Assembly (NCBI GenBank): GCA_004431415.1 | Contig: QPMI01000416.1 | Location: 248,001 to 312,000 of the forward strand | Origin: Cyanophora paradoxa CCMP329 | Lineage: Eukaryota; Plantae; Glaucophyta | DNA: 64,000 nucleotides | Direction of reading: 5' to 3' | In this document: piece by piece, positions 9,731 to 20,088 of the stretch | How positions within the stretch are numbered: position 1 is the stretch's first letter | Layout of the letters: every line of letters starts with the position of its first letter | Program-made: the position numbers and the translations under genes | Notes under the pieces: generated by a model | What the model was told of the DNA's origin: nothing | Databases searched by the model: none | The model's input: only the letters and a program-made list of their open reading frames with translations

Positions 9731-9908
9731 CACGTCTTCGGTTTTTTCGATTATCGGCATCTTCAAACGCTTGTATCTCATCACCAGATCATCAAATCGC
9801 AACGTTCTGCATAGCGTTTTGAAGCGCTATGAAAGCTCTACGCAACTATGCTATTTTCTTAGTATTTCAAGCTACCTTATCATACAATATTCTTCAGAAA
9901 TCGACCTT

Positions 9909-10667
9909 TTACACACTGATTGTGGTCATTTCTCGCTGAATCCGAGCCATCTGACTCCTTTTAATTGCTTTTCTCTTCACAAACTTCTTAAAGCCCTTTA
10001 TATCATCATCAGTGAGTACTGCTCGATCAGTATAGGTCTTGATATCATAACCTTGCAGGCTAGCTATGACAGTTTGGTAATTGTAACCCCATAGTCTATG
10101 CAATTCCTTGTAGGTCTTCTTATCCAAACCACCATTGTACTCATCAAAGGCGCAATTGAACTCTTTCTCGTTCCCAAGAATATTGAAAAATACAACGAAC
10201 TCCACATTGCGACGAATGGTAGTAGAAATAGAACACAAACGCTGAACATTAAAGATTACCGAGATTGAATAATGTCTTCCACTCGTTACTAATTTAGATA
10301 ACACAGCCGAATTATGCATATCCAAATTTGAACCTATCATGTCATCGAGTATGATAACTAGGTTATTTCGCTTTTCGTTATTCTCAATTCGTTTCTTTTG
10401 CATACTGATCAATCTCAAAACAATGTTATCATCCCACTCTTCATAGATGTTATCGGGATGGGTGATGTCATTGAATTGTCCAGTAAAAGCTGTTGAACTA
10501 AATATAACGATTTGATCGATCTTGTCACGAAGCTCGTAAAGTAAGTATTTTGTGAACATTGTCTTACCTGTATTGGAGCGACCAACATTCAAAATTCTTG
10601 TCGGGATTCGAACCGTCTTACTCGGATCGAACTCCGGAATATCATCAAGATTTACTGTGTTATCCAT
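9909..10667 (-). CDS. A32/FtsK-like DNA packaging ATPase
   Basis: GRSNTGKT, IILDD, SGRHYSISVIFNVQ, IRRN; close homologue of 2043-2786. Confidence 0.93.
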   Translation of the reverse strand: MDNTVNLDDIPEFDPSKTVRIPTRILNVGRSNTGKTMFTKYLLYELRDKIDQIVIFSSTAFTGQFNDITHPDNIYEEWDDNIVLRLISMQKKRIENNEKRNNLVIILDDMIGSNLDMHNSAVLSKLVTSGRHYSISVIFNVQRLCSISTTIRRNVEFVVFFNILGNEKEFNCAFDEYNGGLDKKTYKELHRLWGYNYQTVIASLQGYDIKTYTDRAVLTDDDIKGFKKFVKRKAIKRSQMARIQREMTTISV

Positions 10668-10747
10668 TACAGTAATAAGATAAAAAACAAAATAAAGTAC
10701 ACACCTACAAATAATTGCGCTTCCTACACTAACAAAAGAAAAGAACT

Positions 10748-11972
10748 TTAGAAGTTCGAGACTTTCAGGGTAGAGATGTTGTAGCCATTAAGTACCATAA
10801 CATTGTGTCGGAGGGCATAGATATCAACCTGAACAGGAGCGGCATCAGTGCATCCGGAAACAGTGAGATCCATGTAACTCGAGCTGCTGTTGAAGAAATC
10901 CTGGTAACCCATAACCGAGTTCCGAAGCGAATCTTTTCCAGACTTGGAAAGAACAATTCCGTAAACATTTCCAGACTCGAATCCGTACGTGGTATTGCCC
11001 ACAGTAACACCCTTGTAGTGAGAAGGAATGTGATTGACAGCAGAGAGGAAACCGGAAATGGGTTTGTTAGATATATCCAGGGAGCGATTGTTGTGGAAGA
11101 TCTGGAACTGATCAATCTTAACAGCAGATTCATGACCGCAGAAATCCGAGTGAGTGTAGGTGTTAAGTTTGTTCACCTCTCGAACAGTCATCAGAATCGA
11201 GTGAACCAGACCAGAAACATTAGCGAGTGTAACCTCAACAGATTCACCAGCATCAGCGGTTTTGAGCGCTCGGGTCTTCTTGTGAATGACCTCTGTGATC
11301 GGGATGCGAATGCCACCTTGTTCGTTCGCCATTTTAAGGAGTGTCTCAGCCTCAGCCGAAGCAATGTTTACGAATTGGCAGATCAGAGAGCAATCCGCAA
11401 AGGTTACAGATCCACCAGCCGGAACTTGGACAATCGCAGCATCACGGAAATCAACCTCGATTGTTGGCATATCGGCTAGCGTACATAATGGGAAATAAGC
11501 TTCTTCCCAGAAAGCAGCGGGGATTCTAACGATGTATTCCATTGCTTCATCTGTGCTTTCACGATCTGTCTCTTTGAAGTAACCGAGAGAAGCATACATG
11601 CTGCTCATGGTAGCGTGATCATTATCGACCAGGGCGTTTACAGTGATCCAATCACCAGGGATAATATACTTGAAACCACCATGAACGAAACGGACCTCAT
11701 TAATAAAAGAAGAACCACCATTGGGAGGGTGCAGGCTACACCACCACCAGTGGCAATCTTGAAATAGAGCGAAACACCAGCAAGGAGTTGCTTGCGAGGT
11801 AGATCAAAGTAAGCGGTATTCTTGAAGCCAAAAGTGTTGCCCCGGGGACGAACTTGCTCGAGGAATGGTTTGTATTTGGGTTGGTTCCGATTTGGAGACC
11901 AGGGGAAAGATAAATTTGATCGGAACCGGGAGTTACGAGGAGTTCCTTCAGGGTAGTTCCAGTGAGTGCCAT
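10748..11972 (-). CDS. Major capsid protein with two apparent 1-bp frameshifts
   Basis: Restoring one base near 11876 and one near 11723 gives MALTGTTLKELLVT...PRGNTFGF...FDLPRKQLL...PGDW...STLKVSNF, colinear with the element 1 MCP. Confidence 0.85.
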
Positions 11973-12024
11973 CTCTTATGTTTAAAATACCAAAAGAAAT
12001 TTTTAAAATGCTTTATTAAACAGA

Positions 12025-12912
12025 ATGACGCGTTACTATCTCAATATTGATTCCAGGGACCGATCGGATGGAACCCCAACTAATTTCACATACAGACTCC
12101 CTTATGCGATCCAAAAGGTCAGAGCCTGTCGAGTAACGAACTTTGAGATGTTTCACAATCTTTACAACCTCTCTGAAGTAGGAACCCTCACCACACAAAC
12201 ACTCGATAATGCTGGGAACCCAAAGAATAGAAACAACGAAGTCCTCCGAGGTGCATATACACCGGATTCACTGGTGAATTATCTGATCGCTCGCATTGGA
12301 TCCCAGCCCTATAATCAAGCGGGTGGCGGAACTTACACTCGCCATTTCTATGTAACCTATGATCCCACAACATTGCTTCTAAGGTTCATGTGTGAGGTTC
12401 CATTCTCAATCACTATGAACACTCAACTCTTAGCCAATTTCTGTGGTTTTGAAAATGCTAACACACTGTACCAATCGAGTCCTCTATCATCTAATGTCAC
12501 AGTTGGAGCCTTTACTTATGCTCACTACATTGATAGTGAAATGCCATTAGATCTACTATTTAATTCCTATTTGCTTCTTCATGTTGATCCACTGAAAGGA
12601 AGATATGTGAGCAATAACAAACGAGATAACAATGCTATCGCGAAAATTGAGATTGACCAAACGGTTGGCAGTCTATTAAAATATGATTCATCGAATAATT
12701 CCATGATCGTTCACGAGCAGAATGGCTTGGTTGAGGTTGAGACTCTAGATGTGAGACTTTCTTACTGGAATGGAGCCACAGCAGACATTACTACCGACTG
12801 GTCGATGACTCTTGAACTGATTACTGAAGATGATAAAGATCTGACGAAAAAAGCATTGAAGAATGTCATAAAAGAGTTGGAGGGACTCTACCTGCCGTTC
12901 TCACGGTCATAG
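12025..12912 (+). CDS. Minor capsid (penton-like) protein
   Basis: NIDSRDRSDGTPTNFTY; homologous to 4067-4945 and likewise divergent from the MCP gene. Confidence 0.8.
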   Translation: MTRYYLNIDSRDRSDGTPTNFTYRLPYAIQKVRACRVTNFEMFHNLYNLSEVGTLTTQTLDNAGNPKNRNNEVLRGAYTPDSLVNYLIARIGSQPYNQAGGGTYTRHFYVTYDPTTLLLRFMCEVPFSITMNTQLLANFCGFENANTLYQSSPLSSNVTVGAFTYAHYIDSEMPLDLLFNSYLLLHVDPLKGRYVSNNKRDNNAIAKIEIDQTVGSLLKYDSSNNSMIVHEQNGLVEVETLDVRLSYWNGATADITTDWSMTLELITEDDKDLTKKALKNVIKELEGLYLPFSRS

Positions 12913-12948
12913 GAAATACTGTAGAATAAATTTGTTTCAATATTACAA

Positions 12949-13689
12949 ATGGCTCGCAAGACTCAACCCAAGAATTTCTTAGCCAAACCAGCCGCTGAAG
13001 CGGATGTTGGCAATGGTGAGAATGGAAGGAACTGGTATAAGAAATCGAAAGGACTCGCTGCATACGGAACTGGTGACCTCGAAAAGGAAGTCCATAAAGA
13101 ACGAAACCAATTCACCCAAGCCACTACGAAAAACAGTAATGATGATAATGCCCTTGTTGACCAAGTCCCACTGAACCGCATGCCCGGAGCCAAACGAGGA
13201 ATCAAGAAAGGACAGTTCAAATCATCCACAAAGGACAAGGTTGCCTCATCATCGACACTGCTGAAACTGCTTGATGGTGGTGAGCGACTCTACTCAACCT
13301 ATTCCGAGAAAGACCATCGCAACCGCTACTTTATTCGTTCAACCACTGGTGGACTGAAATCTGTAACATATCAGTATGCTAAGAGTCTTGTTGATGGTAT
13401 TGCAGCAGAGACCAAAAACGAAAACAAGATCAAGGAACAGCCAATCACAAAGGAAAAGGTTGAGAAGAAACCAGAAGTAACCCATGAAGTTATTCCCGAA
13501 CCTGTTCATGTGGCAAAAGACTCACCTACAGAATTGATTGCAAAGACCATTGAGTATCAAGACTCCAACAAAACGGATTTGCCGGTTCTCAATAAGTCGA
13601 TCCTTCGGGTTGCCACTTCGCAGGCTGATCCAGTCAACTCGATTCCAAATGCTGCCCAATGGTCTCTGGATTCGCCAAGCTTGGTATAA
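12949..13689 (+). CDS. Conserved Lys-rich protein of the capsid module
   Basis: 246-aa ORF syntenic and homologous to element 1 ORF 4981-5647. Confidence 0.75.
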   Translation: MARKTQPKNFLAKPAAEADVGNGENGRNWYKKSKGLAAYGTGDLEKEVHKERNQFTQATTKNSNDDNALVDQVPLNRMPGAKRGIKKGQFKSSTKDKVASSSTLLKLLDGGERLYSTYSEKDHRNRYFIRSTTGGLKSVTYQYAKSLVDGIAAETKNENKIKEQPITKEKVEKKPEVTHEVIPEPVHVAKDSPTELIAKTIEYQDSNKTDLPVLNKSILRVATSQADPVNSIPNAAQWSLDSPSLV

Positions 13690-14056
13690 GACCGGTTATC
13701 GCCGTTAAGGATCAATCTGAATAATATAATTTCTCAAACATTGTTAGCGCTACGTAACCAATCCTATCCCGTAGGCTCAAAACTTCTTCATTTTTATGGA
13801 GGCGTTGTAGAGCGAAGTGAAATATCCATAGGTAAATCACTTTAATCACCTGTTCTACCGGGTTCAGTGGTAGAAACTTGCAGCCGACAAGTGAACCTTC
13901 TGGGTATCGGTGGCTTTATCATTTTTCCAGCATCTTCTTTCGTACTGGATGCTCTGCAATCGGACCAAAATTTGACAGGAGTTTATTCGCTATATACAGA
14001 CAGAAAAACTACTTAAAGATTTCTTAACATATATTAAGAGAGTAGAAAAGGACAAC

Positions 14057-14314
14057 ATGCCAATCAGTGAGGCTCAGAAGCGTGCTACTTATCGTTATCG
14101 TAAAACTGAAAAAGGTCAGGAATATTTGAAAAAGTACAATGCCAGATTTGCAAAGCAAATGCGTGACTTATACCATACTGATGAGTGTTACAGAGCCATG
14201 AAGATCGTTGAGAGTTCCCAGCGTCTCTATGCTTCCAATGCAGTCTGCTTTGTGAAGTATCTCTATGGTGTCCCGTATTCTAACCGTGGTCGCAAATCGA
14301 AATATCTCTGTTAA
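14057..14314 (+). CDS. Small basic protein, possibly DNA-binding
   Basis: MPISEAQKRATYRYRKTEKG; upstream of the polymerase and preceded by AAAATTTGAC and CTTAAAG motifs. Confidence 0.65.
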   Translation: MPISEAQKRATYRYRKTEKGQEYLKKYNARFAKQMRDLYHTDECYRAMKIVESSQRLYASNAVCFVKYLYGVPYSNRGRKSKYLC

Positions 14315-14555
14315 TCGTTTTTCTCAGCGCGATCTGCTCTGAGAAACCCGTGGGAAACGCGCTGGAACCACAAATATAATCATTCTGTTATTTTTAGAGT
14401 TCGATGATCGAGCCAACCCTTTGTTATTTTTATGAATGCCCTCGACTAAATTTATTTTGTTGGAGACTTTTGGTTTTGTCGGTAAAATTTGACGCGAGTA
14501 TAAAAGTATTTAAAGAAAACTTTTGTAGGTATATATTAATAGAGTGAACAAAGAA

Positions 14556-17500
14556 ATGCCTCGACCAAGTAATCGAATTTCGAAAAATTTGCAGGATGAG
14601 ATTCTTGGCTACTACATGCAAGCAAAAGTAGAAGACAAATTGACCCGAGAGCAGGATATCTATTTCTTGAGAGAATTTACTTTCAAAGCAATTAGAATTC
14701 CAAAGTTGATTGATATCAGAGATACACTGAGAGGTATCGTAGAGCCTCGTTTGTATCGCAAGCAGGAGAAGAAGGAGAAGAGGGCTGAGAGAGCCGCTAA
14801 GAATGTTGAGAAGCAAAACAAGAAAGCGGAGCAAGCGAGAGAGCGGAAGCGCTTGACTCCTTTCCAGCAGATGATTGCTAACCTCCGTGAGTTTGTTGAA
14901 AACTCACCTGGAAACATGGTCACCCTGAATGTGAGACTCTTCCGTGAGTTGCAAGAGGGAGAACAAGCCCCTGCAAATGCAAACAGGGTCACTGAGAATG
15001 GTGTGACCTACATTGAATCGAAGAGGCTTCGGAACAATCGCCCCTTTGGTATCCAGTGTACCAAGGCAGCTTTTCTGAATGCTCTCGGTCTGGTTCAATC
15101 CACCTTCAATACGTTCCCATGTGTTGAGGGGACTGTCATTGCTGAATTTATTGCAGCAGTTATTGAGTTTAACTCGACCAATCAAGATTTCCGCTACCTA
15201 AAACTAATTGAGCAAGATACCTACCCCGATATTATGACAATTGAAAGAGTCATCACGACAGATAATGAAGAATACATCCCAAGAAATGAACAAGTCCTCA
15301 GAGACAATACAAACGCTCCAATGATTATTTCGAATTTCATTAAAAACGAAGGGAACCCCCAAGCCACCACATTCAAGGAAATGTTCTTGAAAGGTGATTC
15401 ATTCAAGGTTGGGAAGTGTGTTTTCGATGTCCTCATCAAATGGTTTGGAGGAGCGTTTGAGAAGGCTAAGACCAAAGGGAAATACAAGCGAATCGATTGG
15501 TCTTACAACGGACTCTTTAAGATGGTGAATGGGCGAGACCCTGTTGAAGGAGATGATTGGGGCATTTCTTTCAAGTCCATTTCGGAGAAGGTTCTTGACC
15601 CACTGCGCCTAGGCATGGTTACAATTGGAAAGGACGACAGAACCCCTGTCCCTGAACTGACTTTCCTGCCCAAGACCAGGAACACACACTTGACCCCTTC
15701 TGTTGCATATGTGAAGATTGAGAATGGTCACATGTATTTGTTAAATCACAATATTAAGGCTCTCACACAGTCCTTCAATGGCTCCAAGCCAAAAGATACC
15801 GATGTTCCACTCAGTTCTCGTTACAAGATTATAAAGCAAAGAAGGTTCAAGGAGTTTGCCACAAATCCCGATGACATTCTGAGAATTGTCAGGTCTGACA
15901 ATCCAAAGAACCAATCGAGCATTCGAATCTGCTATGGTGGTTCACTGGATGAACTACTCAGAGAGTTCATTGTGGTGCATAATTATCAGGTCCAACCTGG
16001 GTTCTCCCAAATCGGAAAGGCAACCCATATTCGTTTCACTATTGACGATAAGGATGTTGTCGTGACCCCACCTGGTAACGATACAGATGTGGAAACAGCT
16101 TTCGAGATTAGCTTCAAGAATGCTGAGTACAGAGATAAATTCGAGAAACTAAATCTGGATATGTATAGGTCTCTAATCAACACTTCCAACAAGAGTACTT
16201 ACAATGAGCAAACCATAAATGCATTCAAGAATGGAGTGCAGACTGCCCTTCGTGGTCTCTTTGATGTGGATGAGGAGACCTTTGATGAAATTCGCTATAA
16301 CACAGATATTTACGAGTTCGATATGTGCAAAGCATACCCTTACATTGTAGCCTTGATGATCAAATTCGTTCCTGTTCTCAGCAAGTTCGATGTCTTCAAG
16401 AGTGTGACAATCACAGATGCAGAGCAAATCGAGGAATACAGCTTCTATTACGTGAAACTGGACGACAAATACTTTTTCAAAGCCAAAGACAAGAACGGAA
16501 AGGAGTACGAAGCAAACACCTACAACAGATACAAGAGGATGATCATTGATTCCAAGTACAATGTTGTTCCTGGTTTGGTTCTCAAAAAGCATTTCGAGGA
16601 TTTCAAGGATGACATCTCCATCAAAGCGGTTCTGCGACCTTACAAACTCATTCCCAACCTTGCAGGCAACACAGTTGCTCGAATCTTAGATAGCGACCTC
16701 GATCCTGTTGATAAGAAGCAGATCTTGGTGAGTGCAATTGGGCAAACTGGAAAGCAACGAAATAGCAGAGTGAAAACCACCATTTTCCACAACAGAGACG
16801 ATGCGATCGAGTTCCAGAAACAGAACGGAGGGGAGGTTAAAATTTACCTCTTTGGTGAGACTCTTGCCACTTATGAGGAGACAGAGTTCGTTCTGTGTGA
16901 GGAAGAGATGACCGAACCCCATATCTACTATGTCAATCAGGTAGCAGAAAAGCAGCTCATTGATGGCTTCATGCCATTGTACACTACCCTCTTGTCAATT
17001 ATGAGGATGTGTATGTATGAGAAGTGTGTCGAACTCGCTAAACAGCAAATCCGACCACTCGCTTTGAACACCGATTGTGTTTATGGGATCGCTTATGAAC
17101 CCATTGCCCCAGTGTCATTCGATCGCAATGCCTTTGAGAATATTGGAAACTTCAGTGTGAAATGCTGCCCCAATTTTTCTAAAAAGTTTTCAGGTGAGAA
17201 GAAAGACCTCGAGGCAAAACGAATTCGTTACGGAAAGTTTGAGAGAGCGACTGACTTTGTGAAAATCGAGAACTACAGTTATACCAAACACTCTGTGGTT
17301 GATGAGTATGACACAACCGCGATTTGTGATTTGCTGGCTACACAAAAACGATGGGTTCTTCTCGGAGTAGTTCCGGGAGTTGGAAAGACTTACATGACAG
17401 TTGATTATGGGAAGCGTTTCCAAAATCCCCTCTACATTGTTCCCACCAATAAGCGAGTGAAAGAAATGAAAGAGCAAGGATTGAAAAATGTAAAGACAAT

Positions 17501-18624
17501 CTATGATGCCCTTCACCTTAAAATTGATGAGTCAAACATGGATGAAATTGTAGGAGGAAATGCCTCTGGTTTGGTAGAATTTGATTGCATTGTTATTGAT
17601 GAGATCTGTCAGTTTAAGATTGGGGAACTGGCAGCCTTGGACCACATCATGAATGAGCAGTTCCCAGATAAGGTATACATCGCCACAGGGGACCCGTACC
17701 AAAACCCACCCATCCAAGATATGAGTGTTGACCAAGATGAGTATTACCTCGATATTCTCCATCGCCTGTTCCCCAACGAATTGTTACTCCAAGTGAACAA
17801 GCGACATGAGACTGAGGAAGATCGCAGAAAGGTTGAGCAGATTCGAATCGATTTGTTCGAGAAAGGTTTGAGTGTAAGTGAGGTCCTTGCGAAGTATGGG
17901 TTCAAGGTTGTGGACGAATTGTGTTTACACAAACCGCAAGGGTGCAGAGGTGAACCTAGCCCTTCACAAAATGAACTACGGGGATAATGTTTCCATTTAT
18001 GCTGGCGGCATCAAAGTTGTTGCAAAGACTCGTATTGCAAAGGGCGGAAAAATAGTTCATAATGGATTTGTCTACAAGATTGTCAAGCTCTCAAAGGACA
18101 GTTTCATTATTGCTGACATTGCCAACAAGAAGGATGAGATTGTTCTCAGCAGGGATGCAGTCAAACATTTCGCCCTGGCTTATGCAAACACATGCCATGT
18201 TGTTCAAGGTGATACTATTCGCTGCAAAGGGAACAGGGTAGTTGTGTTCGAAACTGGGGCGCCATTTGTGTCAAAGAAGTGGCTCTATGTTGCTCTCACA
18301 CGAACCACAAGGCTGGATGATGTCGTTATTTACCATGATAATTTCGAAATGGCTCACTGGAAGGTGTGGAAGAGAGAGAATAACGAGAAAATATCGACTT
18401 ACAAGGATCAGGACCGAGCAGCAAACAGACAATTCGATGAGCATGATTACATCACATGGGATTGGATCAAGCAGCGATATGGGAAGCAGTATGGGCATTG
18501 CCTGCGATGCTACAATGCCATGGACTTTGAAGATATTTCGGTAGATCGAATTAATAATGCTGTGGCTCACGTTACCAAAAATTGTTTCCTCTCTCATATT
18601 AAGTGTAACTGCGCCGCCCAATAA
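14556..18624 (+). CDS. Fusion of OTU-like domain, PolB polymerase core, SF1 helicase and C-terminal HNH/Zn-like domain (frameshift near 17920)
   Basis: GKCVFD...NGHMY (Cys/His); PolB motifs FDMCKAYP, KQILVSAIG, LNTDC; helicase motifs GVGKT, IVIDE, GDPYQNPP, NKRH, TCHVVQG, YVALTR; C-terminal CLRC...SVDRINN..H...N...CN. Confidence 0.85.
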
Positions 18625-19683
18625 TGGATAGTGTATTATCATTCAAAAAGTATAGGCAGAAACTGATTAATGAAAAAGTGAGTTTTGATGAAAAAGAGTT
18701 GAAAAAGAAATTCAAAAACTCAGAACTCCAACAAATCTACAAGAAACCAAGGAAACCCAAATCGTTTCTTCGCATAGTGGCAAAGCCTAGATCGTTTCAA
18801 ATCGATATAACATATTTCAGAGGGTTTCAGACTGCCAACAATGGCATTTTCAAAATGCTTAGTTTCGTAGACATACTTAGTCGCAAAGGATTTGTTTATC
18901 CTTTTAAAAACAGCAGTGAGATCCCGAGTATTTTAAATAGGTTCAAGCAAGAAGCAGGCAAAGTTAATGCTCTCTCTGGGATAATGAGTTCTCCCAAGCA
19001 GTATACCGAAATTGGTGCAGTGAACATGGTGTGATGCTTTACACAGATGTGGCAAAGGATGACCACATCACAGTAGGAGATAAACTGGGGATTATTGATA
19101 GGTTCACTAGGACTTTCAAACAGTATCTCAGAAAAACGATGACAGCAAAGGGAACCACGAAATGGATCGATCTACTTAGTGATGTTATTGACTTGTATAA
19201 TAGCAGTCCCCATTCGGCATTGAAAAATGACTCACCGAATGCAGTGTATACAAATGAAGATAAACAGTTATTTATTTACATGAGAGATACTGTTCACAAC
19301 AATCGTGTAAAGGAGGCTGATACTAATCAAGTGAAACCAGGAGACACAGTTCGAGTTTTGCAACCGAAGGGTTATTTGAAAAAGAAGGTGCGCAATTCAG
19401 TCAGAAGGTCTACACTGTTGCAAAGGCTGATAGGAATCGTTTCAAAGTGCTTGAAGATAATGATGGTGAGGAAACGAAAGAAGTGAAGAGGAGATTTAAG
19501 AAGCAAGAATTGCAAAAGGTGAATAAAGATGATATCATAAAGATCCCATCGCAAAAAAGAATTCAGCAGGTTAATAAGACGAATAAAGTGAATCGATTGG
19601 TAGCAAAGGAAGGCATAAAACCCAATCGAAGTAATGTTGTAAGGAGAAGATACAATCTGAGAAGTGGTTTAACGAAACGCTAA
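18624..19683 (+). CDS. Retroviral-like (rve) integrase with two apparent 1-bp frameshifts
   Basis: FQIDI, FVDILSRK, (G)DNEF, GIIDRFTRTFK, YNSSPHS..P, GDTVRV. One extra G at GGG 18978-18980 and one at 19369-19371 join the three ORFs. Confidence 0.9.
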
Positions 19684-19684
19684 A

Positions 19685-20088
19685 TCATGGGAGACACGGC
19701 GGATAAAAAGGAAATAACTTCGATTAAATATAATTAATCGAGATTATGATATAACTTCGATAAATAAGATTTAAGATATAACTTCGATTAATTCGATTTT
19801 TGTTACTGAGGCTTACTGAGATTACTGTTGAATACGAATAGGGTTACTGGGAATGGTTTGTTTTTCTTGGGAATTGTTTTGGAGACAAGGCGCATAAAAA
19901 AGATATAACTGCGATAAGATATAATTAATCGAGATTATGATATAACGTCGATTAATTAAATTTTTGTTACTGAGGCTTACTGAGATTTACTGATATTCAA
20001 GATTGGGTTACTGGGAATGGTTTGTTTTCTGATTTGTTTTTGATTTTTTTGCGGGTATTTTTTTGGAGACACGGCGCAGTGCTGAGCT
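19685..20088 (-). repeat. Right terminal inverted repeat of element 2 (404 bp)
   Basis: Reverse complement of 8613-9016. Confidence 0.95.

Larger units (their letters stand above)
8613..20088. mobile_element. Polinton-like virus element 2, complete (11,476 bp)
   Basis: TIRs starting AGCTCAGCACTG and ending CAGTGCTGAGCT; 6-bp TSD TCTTGT at 8607-8612 and 20089-20094; ATPase, MCP, mCP, PolB-helicase and rve integrase genes. Confidence 0.96.

Noticed and set aside
10805-11479. 224-aa plus-strand ORF
   Set aside because: Antisense shadow of the MCP gene with no recognisable motifs.
13715-13925. Possible small minus-strand ORF (KFLPLNPVEQVIKVIYL) faintly like ORF 59702-59941 (NFYEIDPKDQFQKCIWL)
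   Set aside because: No clean start codon and similarity too short to support; neither ORF is called as a feature.
17878-17990. Programmed frameshift separating polymerase and helicase
   Set aside because: The break falls inside the helicase between motifs IV and V and has no obvious slippery site; error or small deletion is more likely.
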